A stretch of DNA of 64,000 nucleotides, from NCBI GenBank assembly GCA_029717555.1, contig JAMDHS010000004.1:248001-312000 (forward strand). Reading direction: 5' to 3'. Of this stretch, positions 48,601 through 63,560 are shown piece after piece (position 1 is the first letter of the stretch; every line of letters begins with the position of its first letter). The position numbers and the translations under genes were made by a program. Below the pieces are notes generated by a model. That model did no database searches and was not told the origin of the DNA. It worked only from the letters and a program-made list of their open reading frames with translations. Source of the DNA: Peribolospora baueri. Lineage: Eukaryota.

Positions 48601-51600
48601 TTCGCCCCGGGCTCAGACCATGTCAAGGAAGCCGAGATCCTCTGAGCAGGCGCAAAACAGTCAGCTGGAAGAGCTTGTGCTCCGGCCCGGCGGCGAGTAC
48701 CGTATCATCGTGTCGTGGCGTCCTACAAGGGGCACCATGGAGGATAGCCCGCCGTCGAACAAGCTCTCCAAAGTGACTTTCAAAGTCTTCCTCGACTACG
48801 CTCGCGCTGGATCGGCAGCCAGTCGCACGAAGGGAGGACGGGAGCGAAAGGTGATTGCGTGCAAGGCACGGACTTGCACATCTTTTGTTTCCGTCTCGCC
48901 CACGAAGATCGACTTTGGCGACGCCAACATCGGCGCCCGCAAGACGTCTATTCTCCGGGTGACGAACTTGTCCGAGTTGACGGCGCGCGTGGACCTTCGC
49001 TTCGTGAGCAAGGTGATCAGCACCTATCGAGATGAGATTGCTATACCGCCAGTTCAAACCGTGGAACTCAAGGTCGATCTTTTCCCGAGACGAGTCAACG
49101 AGACCTACCGCAAGCAGATCACCGTCGTCAACCTCCTTAACCGCTCCGACGACCAAATAGTCGAGATACAGTCGCGCAACGTCGACAAGCAGCGCGTCAG
49201 CTTCCACAGCCTCTTCTACCGTATCCTCACTCCGACTGGAGCCAACTTCATCGATTTCGGCGATGTCAACATCAACTCGTCAAGCGTGCGCACGTTCACC
49301 ATAGAGAACATGACGCAGAAGAGGCTCTTGCTCGACGTTTCCGCAGCGCACCCCGAGGATGTCGTGCTTTATTGCAAGCCTCACAGGACAGTGGACCGGG
49401 AGGGCTCTTCAGCAGATCAGTCGAGCGATGGGTTGGAGAGCCAAGCTCAGAGCAAAAGCCAGGCGTCAAATCCTGCAGATGCCCCAAGCACAAAAGCGCC
49501 GTCCGACGTCTTCGGCAAGGAGGTGGTGGTAGTCAAGCCGAAAGTCAAGGTCAACGGATCGGCGCTTAAAGAGCGGTTTCTAGAGTCAATCGCCAACGAC
49601 TCGCGTGGTCGGGAGGAAAGTTCTAACCGTCGGACGGGTAAAGCGAGTCAGTCGAAGGAGCGTACGTCAGGCAAAGACATCGCTGCGAGCAAGGCCGCAG
49701 ACGGTGCGACGGCGACGTCGACGAAGTCCAAGCCATCCGTTAACGTGGCAGCGGCCCTGAAGAAGGGCGGAAAGGGTCGCATTACCCAACCTTATGGAAA
49801 GGCTGTCGCTTTCAAGGACAGGACGCTGTTGTCGAGCTCCGAGTACCTCGACCTGGCGACTGGACCACCGCTCGACCCTCGACGGACTTCCCCGCGCAGC
49901 AAGCGTCAGCTGCTGTTGGACAGCATCGAGACGAAGCAACGGCCGAAGTCCGCTGCGGGACCAAAGTCGCAGAGACTATCATTCGGTACTTCGTCGTCTA
50001 AGGGTGCTAAGAAGGACCGTCAGCAGGGCACTCCCAAGATATCATCACCTCTTGTAAACGAACTCGGATCGACCTCGGAGGTCATGACGCCTGTCGCCTC
50101 ACGTCTGCAGTCTTCCGAGGCCGAGCCGTTGAAAGCTGGCACCAATCGCTCTCCGGCTTTGACGGGAAAACGCAAAGCTCGGGTGGTGCTCTCGAATGCC
50201 ACCGACGTCTCCAAGCTCTCGCTGGATGAGCTCCTTGTGGCGGTCGAAGAGCTTGGAACCAATACGAACGCGTTTTTCCTAGGCAACCACGAACTCGAGG
50301 AGCGGCGTGTGCGGACGGAAATCAACCTGCGACGCGAGCTGCAGAATGCCATTTCGGCGGAGCGCATTGTGCCAATCGACACGTTGGATGTGCCACCGGG
50401 AGGCGAGCGGCAGGTCGTCGCCGTGCTCACACCGAACGGAAGCACCCGCCCTCACGTTCAAGGTGTGCCTCGCAAGCAGGACTCGAGGATCTATCTTCGC
50501 CTGGTCGACTTCGACAAGGACATCGTGAGGGCGTCGTCGTTTGCGGGCATGGTTGAAGCTGACGTGGAGGAGCTTCCCGTGCGGGAGCTTATGGTGCGAT
50601 CGACTGTCTGTCGGAGCATCATGGAGCTCGGCCAGCCTCACATCAACTTCGGGCACATGCACCGGGGCACCAGTAAGACGAGGAAGATTGTCGTCCAGAA
50701 CCGCAGCGAGTGGGCTCTGCGCTTCTGCGTACGCAAATCTGGCTCGATCGCCTCCGGCGACATCCGTCTCAGCACCGGTCGCTATGCCGTCGTGCCAGGA
50801 TATGGCAAGAAAGAGGTCGAGTTCATCTTCTCGCCGTCCATGTCTGGCCAGTTCCAGGAGAAGCTGGTCATCGAGAACGTCGGGGACCGGGACAATGATC
50901 AGACGGTCGTTCTTAAGGCCAACGTGCGCAAGCTACCTCACTTCACCGTCGAGCCGGCGCAGATCGATTTTGGCGACACTCGATGCCTGCCTCACACGCA
51001 CTCGCAAGCGCAATCCATCCTCGTCTCTAACGTCTCCCAGAAGGCGCGCACTTTCGTTGTCGAGCTGCAACCTGAGGAGCCTGACTTCGATCGGAGCATT
51101 GTCGAGGTGGTCCTAGACGCCGCGCGATCCGAGCCTGGGCGCTCTTCGCTCTCTAAACAAGAAGAGGAGGAGGTAGAAAACCTGATGCAAAAGATCAAGA
51201 TCGCTTCGCGGAAAGGCAATAGCGACAAGCTCAAGAAGTACGAGAAGCGACTAGGCGAGCTGGGCGTGAAGCCACCGGCTGTCTCGGATGCGGACGATGT
51301 GGAGATGCGAACGGACAAGTGCAATCGAGCTGAAGCGCCGACGAGCAGTATGGGCAAAACTTCCCCGGACCCGAAGGAGAACGTCTTCGCTCCGGAGGCG
51401 AAGACTGCCCAAACCGAGTCCTCACCGCCATCTGCCAAGCTCAAGCGCACGGCGTCAGCCGTGACGCTCACTCTTCCGGCTGGCCAGAACAAGCGCATTA
51501 ACGTGTTCCTCCGGCCTCGGCGCGAGCCTTTCCATCTTCAAGACCTACCGGAGGGCCATCAGGACTTTTCGGCTTCCATCCGCGTGCACGAACAGCGCAA

Positions 51601-51751
51601 CACGGACGAAGTGCGCTCCGTTCGCATACTCGCCAATCTCGATTTGTACGGCTTGAAGGGTCACGAGCCCTCGATGTCAGTCGAGGTTCACCCTCCCTTT
51701 CCGAGCCAAGATGCCGTCACCCTAGGCCCAACTCCGCAGAAAACGTCCTAA
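45670..51751 (+). CDS. Large (~1950 aa) uncharacterised protein with repeated Ig-like (ASH/MSP-like) modules
   Basis: Terminal open frame of 1791 codons; six [IL][DN][FL]G[DH]...[ILV].N modules (IDLGDC, LDFGDC, IDFGDA, IDFGDV, INFGHM, IDFGDT) separated by Ser/Pro-rich linkers; intron 46292-46373. Confidence 0.75.
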
Positions 51752-52338
51752 TAGCGTCACTGGTACCGAGCCACCAGTTCATTCCGCAAGCGCTGATTCA
51801 GTAGAAGCTCATCTCGTGACATGTCGACCGTTCGGCTGCTTCCTTCCCGTTCGTGCTGCGTCGCGTCGTCTATCTTTCTCTACCTTGCATTACATACTGT
51901 TTTTCCGACCTCCGCCTCCTTCGACGACACGCAACACGTTCCTCCTCCCTTCCCTTCCTTCTTCCGCACCTTAGGCCCATCCCCTCATCGATATATACCT
52001 TCCCCCTTTCTCCCCCTTCTCTCCCCGCCCTCCCGCACCACGCTTTCGCAACGCTTTCACCTTTTCTTGTCTCCTCCTGTCCATCGCATCCTTCCCCCCG
52101 TCACTGCATGTATTCTCTCCTTTGTCTTGCCGCGCTCGATGTCCTCGTTCCTACCACGCAGTCGATGCTACTTTCAATCGAATTGATCGAAGGCAATGTT
52201 CGCAAACGCCGCTCATATAGCTTCAGATAAAGTCACACCAGCGATGCATGAAACAGAAGGAGTCGGTGGTAGCCAACATATAGATCCATTCAAACGATCT
52301 GAGACTTCCAAAACACTGGTGCTGAGGAAGAATGGCGT

Positions 52339-55007
<2,669 letters not shown>

Positions 55008-55744
55008 GATGGAAAAAAAAATGGGACGGAGCTGCTTCTCTTCGTGGGCGGAGCGAGGAGAAGCGAAGAGAGCACAAGAATTAGAAAAGTAAAAGAGAGA
55101 GGAGAGGGAAGCGGAGGGAATCGTCCGTCGGGTGGGACGAAGAGGGGGCAAGCGAGGGTGGACGTTATATCAAGGGTTCGCTCGTCGTCCGCCGGGCGGT
55201 TCTTCTTGCCGCAGTCGAGCCCACCCGCGGGTTGTCTGAGCCGGCGCTTCGCATCGCACGCCGACCGAAATGCAATCTCGCGCACGGACCACTTGGTCGA
55301 GGGAGAGGAGAGGCACGCAAAACGTAGTTCGACCGCCGCCGTCGGGGAGACTTTGTAGCGCATCAAGCGAGGGACGAAGTCACGCCTATGAATAATAGCG
55401 TCTACATGCACGAGCAAAGAGAAGGAAGAGCAGCGCACGGAGGAGGAAGGGCGAAACCGGATAGGAAGGAAAAAAGAAAAAGAAAGAGAAAACGGGGCAG
55501 AAAAGCGAGAAGGATGAACGGGGGAATCAGCCTTGGATTGTGCTTGAAAAAAGCAGGTGAGAGCGAACGGGTAATGAACAAGGAAGAAGAAAGATGGCAA
55601 CGAAAAGACGGTCCTCCACGCCCGGGGACTGAACTGAACGAAGGCGAAATGAAGAAGGCAAGACGAAACAAAAACAAACGAAACAAAAAAAAAAAAGTAA
55701 AGTTCAGACGCGCCTGCTTTTGGGTCCGAATGAGCAAAATCAGT

Positions 55745-58700
55745 TCAGCGACGAATGTGGCCCTGGACCAACGCGAGTGTCGTCCCCGTCGTGGGGCTAG
55801 CCATGGGTATGACCGGCGAGTCGGGTGGTATGGCTCCTCCCAAGCCAGGTGATGCCAGACCGCCAAATCCACTCTCGCCGCCGTCGCCGCCACTGCCGCC
55901 GCCAAAGTCGTAGCTGAATGCGCGGCGGTGAGCTCGTCGTCTTTCCTGAGGCGTTTGCCCGAGCGGACCGAACTGCAAGGCGGGGAGGAAGAGGGGGCGG
56001 AGCGTCGCAGCAGGATCTGATGGTTGCTCGTTTTGATGAGGATGATGGCCTGGAGAAGGGCCGGCGCGTACGGTGGAGGGAGAGGAAGAAGGCGTGGTGG
56101 TGGTAGTATTTTGGATGGTCATCGGGTGGGTGCCAGATAGGTTGGAACGGGGCCGGACGCCCTCGGGGACAAAGGTGACCGAAGCAGGCGTGGACGGAGG
56201 CAGGGTGTGGGTGACGACGCGAGGTGATCGGAACGGCACGAGTCCAGCGGCTTGCCCGGCCAACGACGACGAGCGCACGACGGCGGCAGGCGAAACGGGA
56301 TTATTGGCGATGACGGAGAGTGCGGCCTCGACAGCGTCGGCTCCAGGGCCGATGGACGTCGCACGCCCGCGCCGGGCGGAAAGGGCGGCGGCGGCGACGG
56401 GATGCGAAGGCGGGGGGTTGCGATCGCCCTCGTCCGGGTATGTGAAAGCATTCAAGCTCATCACGTCCTTCCGAGGCGTCGTGCTTCGCGGCGGCACCAC
56501 ACCCAGTCGGGACGGCGCCTTGGACTTGCGTCGCATGCTGAGGGAGGTCGAGGAGAAATCGAGGACCATGGTAGGCACATTGAGCAAGTACTCGGGCACC
56601 TGCTGCGAAAGCGCCCGTTCGGCCATCGCCATCGAGCTCGAAGCCGACGACGACGACCTTTTGATGTCGCCCTCGGCACCGGGCAAAGCTCGTTCTTTGG
56701 CGCTCGGGACTTGCTGCAAAGCGCTCAACGGCCCGCCAAGCATAGTATGCGGTACGGCCACCTCGATACTGTCGCCCATAGCCACGTCGCCATCAGCATC
56801 GCCAGAGGACCGAACGTCATCCGCCGACGGCGTACGAGGTTCGGGAGGGCTCTCGTCGCTCTGCACGGGCTCAGTCATCGCCATCGCCTCCGGGCCCGAC
56901 GGGCCCGGTGCGTGCGAGCCCAAGGCGATGGGACGAATAGCGCCGACGTTCAACCGAGGCAGACCAGATGCCAGGGTGGACGAAGACCCGCTCGCTGCCC
57001 GTCCTCGCTGTCGCTGTCGCTGCCGCTGCTCGCTAATGAGCCTCGCCCTCTCTTCCTCCTCGGCCTGTCTCTCCACGCGTTCCTTCTCCTCTTCCTCCGC
57101 CCTCATCCTCTTCCACTCATCCTCGTCCATCGCCACCTCTCCCGTCCATGCACTCACTCGCGAGCCTGCTCCAGCGCCGCCGACGTTACCCAGCTCATCT
57201 CTTTGCGCCACATCGTCCTCATTCGGGGCGGCGGCGGGGCCAGGGTGGACGGAGCCGATGCGGAGACGCTGAGCGGCGGCCTGACGAGCGCAGACGCGCT
57301 CCCAGTCGACGAGCTGGTAGATGAGTCGAATGTTAGGGGACACGGAAGGGGATTTATCCTTGACGAAATCATAAGCGTCGTGCATACCCCTCATGGTACC
57401 CAAAGAGCCCTCCCAAAGCGCCTGCCACCTCTGGCCCCTCTCGCCCTCCCACGCGTGCGCGCCGAGCGCGAGGGCGGCGACGCGCATGACAAAGGCGATG
57501 ACAAGCGTCGCGCTGCGCGAGACGCCGCATTGGCAGTGGACGAGGATCCCTCTTGCGGGCTCCTCCTCCTTCTCCACCTCCTTGGGACTGGCGATGGCTG
57601 GATCGGGACGGGAGGAAGGAGCGGCGAACCTGCCGATCCCGAGGGCCTTTTCGATGACGGCGCAAGCATAGTCGAACGCTCCGCGCTCGCCCCCAAGCTC
57701 GGCCTCGTCGTGGGTCCACGGCATATGGACGTAGGAAACGGGACCAAAGTAAGTGGGAAGGTCCACGGCTGAGAATGTGCGCGTGATAGTCCCAGGAGGA
57801 GTGGCCGGTATCCTCCCGCTGTCCTCGTCGACGAGCGTCGACGACGCTTCCTCCTCCTTCCCCGTCGAGGCGCGAATGGGAGACGCTCTGGCAGCCGCTG
57901 CGTGCACCGTGGCGTCTTCGGCAAGGGAAGGAGAAGGAGAGAGGACGAGGCCATCGGTGTCGCTGCTGGGCGGAGCGCGAAGACTCGTCCTGGTGGTCGT
58001 GTCAGAGCGGGAGGAGGAGGCGGAGGTGCCTGCGCTGCTCCGGTTGGTCGAGGAAGAGGAAGCAGCGGAGGAAGAGGCGGTGGTCGAAGACTCAAAGGTG
58101 GCGTCGGTGGCTTGGCTGCCCGTACTGTCATACCTGCCCCGCTCCACGCCACCACCAAGAAGAGGGCGAGCGACGGCGGCGAAGGGAAGGGCAAAGGTGG
58201 GAGAGCCGGACTGGAAGCTGGATTGGAGATTAGGCGTCGATACGGTGTTCCTGACCACTGCGTGCCGAGGGCTGATCTCATCGGCACTGTCCTGCCGCTC
58301 GTCCCCGTCCCCGTCCGTCGCCTGTGCGCCTAATCCATCATGCCCAGCTGCGCTCCTGCGAGCCTCGGAAGCGACGACCTCGTCGAGGTCAATGTCGACC
58401 TCCTTGGCAACGTTCAAAACGAACCCGATCCCCCTCTCCCGCAAGCCCGCTCTATCCCGCGCGTTATACTCGTCGCCGAGGAACAGGCCAGGCAAAACCT
58501 CAACGGGCCCATTGGAATAAGTGGAGCGGGCGTGGAGGAAGGAATTTTCGGCGGCTTCCAAAACCACTTCGGTGGGGTCGCGCATCGGGCCCTTGATGTG
58601 TTCACCGACGTCGGAGGGGGCAAGGAAGACGGTGTTTCGCCTATGGGCCTTGCGATCTGCATCTCGGTCGAAGCTCGATCCGTACGTGGAGGCGGAAGCG

Positions 58701-60412
58701 GCCGACGAGGACAAGGACTCATCGAGCGAAGAAAAGGTGTCTGCGGAAGAAATCGAAGGCCGGCCGCCAGAGGCGAGTTCGGGCCTGTACAGCTCGTGCT
58801 CGGCGGACGAGGCGGAGTAAGCGGAGGGCGAAGTGTACACCGATGCGGTGAGGAGGGCGGTCGCAGGTGGTGCGAGTCCGACGCTACGCTGGCTGACGGA
58901 CGAGAGAGGAGGATCGGCGGCGAATGCGACGTTTGCGTCCGCGACGTCCAAAGAGAGCGCAGAAGGGTAGGAAGGCATGCTAGGACTCTCAACGATCGTC
59001 TCCGGTACGCGCCCGCCAGAGGACGTGGAGACAGGGAGAGTGATAGCAGGCGGTCGCGGGCGGACGAAGAGCAGGCTAGACTTTCGTCGTGGCGCGGTAC
59101 CGCGGAGGGTGCGACTGAGCGCGCTCTGTCCGGGAGCGGGACCGTGCGGGATAGCCGACACGGGTGGAAGACGTCCCACAGTGGCGGTCGACGTCGACCC
59201 GTACTTCTTCTCTGCGACGGCTTTGCCGGGTCGACCAAGCGCTGCCGCGGGCGCGTTCGCCAAGGCTTCGGCTCCGCCGCCGAGGGCGGCCAGGTCAAGC
59301 GAGAGACGACGAGGGTTCCGTCGTCCCGGGGGGAGGGAAGATGAACGGCCGTGTGACGGCGGATCGACGCGCACTTGCGAAGAGGACGCGCCGGACGGAG
59401 CATCGGGCCGATCGACGACGACCGCGGGACGGGGAGGGAGGGTGAGCGAAAGGGGTTTCGGCGGCCTGGCCTTGGCCTTTCCCTTGGAGGGCGAGGGCCT
59501 GCTGGCGAGCTGTACTCGGTGCTTGTCCTCGTTGACGGAGAGGTTGGTGAGCGTCTGCTCCTGCGCCTCGATGGCTCTAGTGAAGGAGGTCATGTCAGGT
59601 GCCAAGTTGAGGCTGAGCTGCTTCGCGTTCGTATTCTTCTTCCTTCCTCCGCCCAGGCCGAACCCGGGGGACGTCGAGGAAGCCGGGGAGGAAGTGGATG
59701 TGGAGGAGAAAGAGGGAGAGACAGAGGAAGAGGAGGAGAGAGGGGAGGAGGAAGACGACATGGTGGACCGCCAGGCGGCGTCCACGGCCAGTCCCTCTTG
59801 GGGGAGCACATGAGAGAGGTCGCTTATGCCGAGGCCGACCACGCCGCGCCCTTGCGCAGAAGGAGCGTCGTCGGGGAAGGCGGCTGTCATGACGGGAGAC
59901 GAGGGCGTAGGCTCACCTCGAGCGACGCTGAGACCGATCTTCCTCTTCTTGGGTCTGCCTGAGGCCGCTCGATCGCCGCCGTGACCTTGTGCGAACGTTT
60001 CTACGGTGCACGTGGAGTGGAAGCAGGGCGAGAGGAGGGCGTCAAGACCGCGCTTGCGGTCGTGCTCGCTTTGACGCGCGTCCTGATGCTGGAAGGAGAG
60101 ATGCGCCCGTTCCGCGACTGCTCTGCGCCGCGAGTATGAGCGAGCGTAGGGATGGTGCCGATGATGGTGGTGGTGGAAGGCGGCAGCGGGCAGGGGCGCG
60201 TCGAAGTGGAGAACGGTGGCGGGAGCGGTGGTGACGTCTTGGAGGGCACCGTGTGCTTTGAAGGCGGCGGCGAAAGAGGGCGAGCGACCTGGGCGAGAAA
60301 AGGGAGAGGGAGCGGGGTAGGGTGCGATGGGGGCGCAGCAGTAGCGGTGGTGGTAGGAGCTATGGCGAGCGAGCAATGAGGAGGGAGAGGCGAGGAAGGA
60401 TGGGGAGGACAT
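55745..60412 (-). CDS. Dual-specificity (MAPK) phosphatase, Msg5/Pmp1/Cpp1-like, apparently intronless (true start uncertain)
   Basis: PVEVLPGLFLG, FVLNVAKE, HMPWTHD, VHCQCGVSRSAT (HCx5R), SPNIRLIYQL. Confidence 0.85.
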   Translation of the reverse strand: MSSPSFLASPSSLLARHSSYHHRYCCAPIAPYPAPSPFSRPGRSPSFAAAFKAHGALQDVTTAPATVLHFDAPLPAAAFHHHHHRHHPYARSYSRRRAVAERAHLSFQHQDARQSEHDRKRGLDALLSPCFHSTCTVETFAQGHGGDRAASGRPKKRKIGLSVARGEPTPSSPVMTAAFPDDAPSAQGRGVVGLGISDLSHVLPQEGLAVDAAWRSTMSSSSSPLSSSSSVSPSFSSTSTSSPASSTSPGFGLGGGRKKNTNAKQLSLNLAPDMTSFTRAIEAQEQTLTNLSVNEDKHRVQLASRPSPSKGKAKARPPKPLSLTLPPRPAVVVDRPDAPSGASSSQVRVDPPSHGRSSSLPPGRRNPRRLSLDLAALGGGAEALANAPAAALGRPGKAVAEKKYGSTSTATVGRLPPVSAIPHGPAPGQSALSRTLRGTAPRRKSSLLFVRPRPPAITLPVSTSSGGRVPETIVESPSMPSYPSALSLDVADANVAFAADPPLSSVSQRSVGLAPPATALLTASVYTSPSAYSASSAEHELYRPELASGGRPSISSADTFSSLDESLSSSAASASTYGSSFDRDADRKAHRRNTVFLAPSDVGEHIKGPMRDPTEVVLEAAENSFLHARSTYSNGPVEVLPGLFLGDEYNARDRAGLRERGIGFVLNVAKEVDIDLDEVVASEARRSAAGHDGLGAQATDGDGDERQDSADEISPRHAVVRNTVSTPNLQSSFQSGSPTFALPFAAVARPLLGGGVERGRYDSTGSQATDATFESSTTASSSAASSSSTNRSSAGTSASSSRSDTTTRTSLRAPPSSDTDGLVLSPSPSLAEDATVHAAAARASPIRASTGKEEEASSTLVDEDSGRIPATPPGTITRTFSAVDLPTYFGPVSYVHMPWTHDEAELGGERGAFDYACAVIEKALGIGRFAAPSSRPDPAIASPKEVEKEEEPARGILVHCQCGVSRSATLVIAFVMRVAALALGAHAWEGERGQRWQALWEGSLGTMRGMHDAYDFVKDKSPSVSPNIRLIYQLVDWERVCARQAAAQRLRIGSVHPGPAAAPNEDDVAQRDELGNVGGAGAGSRVSAWTGEVAMDEDEWKRMRAEEEEKERVERQAEEEERARLISEQRQRQRQRGRAASGSSSTLASGLPRLNVGAIRPIALGSHAPGPSGPEAMAMTEPVQSDESPPEPRTPSADDVRSSGDADGDVAMGDSIEVAVPHTMLGGPLSALQQVPSAKERALPGAEGDIKRSSSSASSSMAMAERALSQQVPEYLLNVPTMVLDFSSTSLSMRRKSKAPSRLGVVPPRSTTPRKDVMSLNAFTYPDEGDRNPPPSHPVAAAALSARRGRATSIGPGADAVEAALSVIANNPVSPAAVVRSSSLAGQAAGLVPFRSPRVVTHTLPPSTPASVTFVPEGVRPRSNLSGTHPMTIQNTTTTTPSSSPSTVRAGPSPGHHPHQNEQPSDPAATLRPLFLPALQFGPLGQTPQERRRAHRRAFSYDFGGGSGGDGGESGFGGLASPGLGGAIPPDSPVIPMASPTTGTTLALVQGHIRR

Positions 60413-61958
60413 AAAGGGTGGGCCGAGGAGGGAAAGACCGGCGTCGTCGTCGTACTACCACGTCTTTCCTCAGCGCCTATCGTTTCGACACTGGCTCGAG
60501 TGGCTCCCGCCGGGGGTAGTCCGTCGGTTGGGGGGTGCAAAAGGCGAAAGAAAAGAGAGCAGTTTTGTGGTTCTGCGCAGGAACAAGGCACAGACACGGA
60601 AGGAAGGCGTGTTGGACGACCGTCTAGTGCGACGTCGGCGGCCGCCGCGACGTCGGTCCGATCGATCGTCGGCGAAGGAGACGGAGAAGGCGCGAGGCTG
60701 GTTCCGGAGCGAGGAGGAAAAGACGGGGGGCTGTCAGCGGACGGAGGGACGGACGATCGACGTCGGGCGCTCCGAGATAGCAGGCAAGTCGGAGAGGGTG
60801 TGAAAGCAGGTCGGCGACGTGGCAGACTACGAAAGACGAGAGGGACGAAGGGTGATCGACGGAAGGAAGGAGGTGGGAGTGGAGGGAGAGGGAGAGGAAA
60901 AGGAACGCAGCGTCGGCGGCGAGGAGGGAGAGAAGATTAAAAGGCGAGGGAGAGGGGGAGATGTAGATGAACGAGCGCTGTTGACAGGGAGAATGTAGCC
61001 AGCGGGCGGACGACATGACGTCGACGGGTGCACGACCGACGACCGACGACCGACGCGCGCCGGGCTCGCGAAGACGAGGAGCGTGAGCGTCGTCGTATCC
61101 TCGTCACCATCGTCGCCCTCCGCGCACGAAGCCATCGCCGAGGGTCCGAGGTAAGGGACAGGGAAGAAGGGGAGGGGGAAGGAAAAAGCAGGAACCTGAC
61201 CGACTGAAGACCGATCGATGCACCGACGACCGACCTGCCTGCCAACGGAAGGCGGGAACGACAACGACGACCACGGCGGCGCGACGACTCACCAGCGGTA
61301 CTCGTCTTGGTCCTTCCTTCCTTCCACCGAAGGGGAGACGTCTCGGCCTGACGACGGGGGCGGGGTGCGGACGTTGTCGGCTGAGCGACGCAAGAGGCGA
61401 GGGGAAGGGAGGTGACTGGGTGACTGAGCGGAGTGGAGGAGCGTGGCCCAGCGACGCTCTCGTTGTCGTTGTCGGTTGGTCGATGCCAACGGCGGGGTGG
61501 GCGAGAAAGAGAAGAGGAGAAGGGGTAGGGGGAGGAAAGGAAGGTGGAAGGAGAGGGAGGGTGGGTGGAAAAGGGAGAGGAGCGGCGACGTGCAAGGTGG
61601 AGATGGGCGTCGGGAGGATGAGACGGCTCGACCAGCGACGACGATGCGGAAGAGAGCCGGCGGTCGGTCGGTCGGAGACGTCCAGTCTGGTCGTCGTCGT
61701 CTGAGTGTGTCTGGACAGTCAGTCAAGGGAAAGGAGAGACAACAGACAACAGACAACAGACAGACAGGAGTGGATGACGAGCGGCGCAGGAAAGAAAAAG
61801 TGGCGAAAGCGCGAGCGACAGACAAGACAAGCCAAGACAAGACAAGACAAAGCCGGCCGGCGTCATTATTCTTTCGGCCGCTGGCTTGGCTGATTGATCC
61901 TTCCAACTCGGCGTTCGTGCCAAGCGCTCACCCACCGACGACGACGGCGCAAGCGTCG

Positions 61959-62276
61959 ATGAAAGAGATCGAGCTACATCCGTTCCCAAGCCCCCCCGTT
62001 CCTGTCCCGGCTGCGCCTGCGCCTGCGCCCTCTGGCGCCCCGTCGCGTGGAGGACCAAAGCCGTTTACCGACTATGTACAGCACGGTCAGCAGCACCTTC
62101 AAGTCGGCCCTTCCCATGGCGGCAGCGACGACGATGACGACGACCACCACCACGGCTCCCATCTCCTCATCACGCCCACGACGCCGACTAGCCTAAGTAT
62201 GTGCAGCAACTTACCCACGCCCAAGCCCACGCCCACGCCCACGCCGCCCGGCCCGCTTGACGACCGAGCATGGTGA
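61959..62276 (+). CDS. Possible small Pro-rich orphan protein (105 aa)
   Basis: ATG-initiated ORF MKEIELHPFP...DDDDDDHHH...PTPKPTPTPTPP; no recognisable domain. Confidence 0.25.
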   Translation: MKEIELHPFPSPPVPVPAAPAPAPSGAPSRGGPKPFTDYVQHGQQHLQVGPSHGGSDDDDDDHHHGSHLLITPTTPTSLSMCSNLPTPKPTPTPTPPGPLDDRAW

Positions 62277-62350
62277 CGACGACAACAAGAAACGACAACG
62301 ACGGCTGTACATGCCACCGATCCCCTTACTCTTCTCCTTCTCCCCTTTCC

Positions 62351-62390
62351 TCTCCCCTCCTCTCCCCTCCTCTCCCCTCCTCTCCCCTCC
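62351..62390. repeat. (TCTCCCCTCC)4 tandem repeat
   Basis: Direct reading. Confidence 0.95.
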
Positions 62391-63532
62391 GGTCGCCGAC
62401 CAAAACCGCTCCTCATTCCTTGCCGCATGCGGTTAACCTCACCGATCGATCCGTCCCAATCGCGCCCCACCGACCGGATCGGCGCAGTCTTTCACCAAAT
62501 CATCCCACTTCTACCGCCGCCGCAGCAACTCTCGACCGACCGACGCCGACGCTGACGCCGATGCCGCAGCGACGCAACGTCTTCCTTCCGTCTTGGCTGT
62601 ACTTGCGCCTCCCTTCCCCTCGCCGCCGTCTTGGTCACCTTTCGCCCTTCGCAACTTTCTTTCCCTCCGCTCCCCTCGCATCTGTCTTTTTTTTTTCCCA
62701 TACGCTCCAGCCGACCCTCTTCGGCCGACCCAAGGGGGGCCTGCGTTCGTTCGCCCCGCCCCACCCACCGCCGCCGCCCATCCCATCCGTCTAGCCTCTG
62801 CGCCGTCCGTCGAGATGGATGGATGGAATCAGAAAGGGAGCGGAAGAAGACGCCGAGGAGCGCTCGCTGCCCGGCACCGTTGAACATGACATGACATGAC
62901 GGCGGGTGCGAGGTGGTGAAGGGTCGGCTGGCGAGCTGGTTGGGTCAGTCACACGACGTTGTCCCGCCTGCCCGTCCATCCCATCTTCTCCGCCTCGACG
63001 TCCGACCGACGTAGGGGAAGCCTTGAGAGGGAAACCGACCTAGGGGAGCCTTGAGACGGAAAGCAGGCGCTACATTCGCCGATCGACTGGGAAAGGCCGA
63101 CCGATGACGGCATTGGTCGCCGCTAACTGAATTCTCGTGCGAACCGACGGTCGATCATGCCCTGCCGTGACCGAGGGAGCCGCGCCCCAACATGGCGTTC
63201 CGAGCGAGAGAGCGAGCGAACTGGAGAACGCCGGGACAGGTCGCGGCTTGCGGGCTCCATCCATCCATCCATCCATCCGTCCACGACTCGAAAGAGACTC
63301 ACAGGCAAGGGGGTAGGGAAGAGAGCAAAAAAAATACACGTGCATTCTGTTCGGAGAGTCGATGGGATACAACGGCCGTCTCGGCGAAGGCACACACACA
63401 GAGAGAGAGAGAGCCGCGCATATGCATGCGAGAGGACGTGGGCAGGAAAGAAGAGTTAACGAGGGCAAGGAAAGAGGCGAAATCAAAAGCCAAAACTGGG
63501 AAGCGAAGGGAAGCGAAGAGAAGCGAAGGGAA

Positions 63533-63560
63533 GGGATGGGATGGGATGGGATGGGATGGG
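63533..63560. repeat. (GGGAT)n pentanucleotide repeat
   Basis: Direct reading. Confidence 0.9.
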
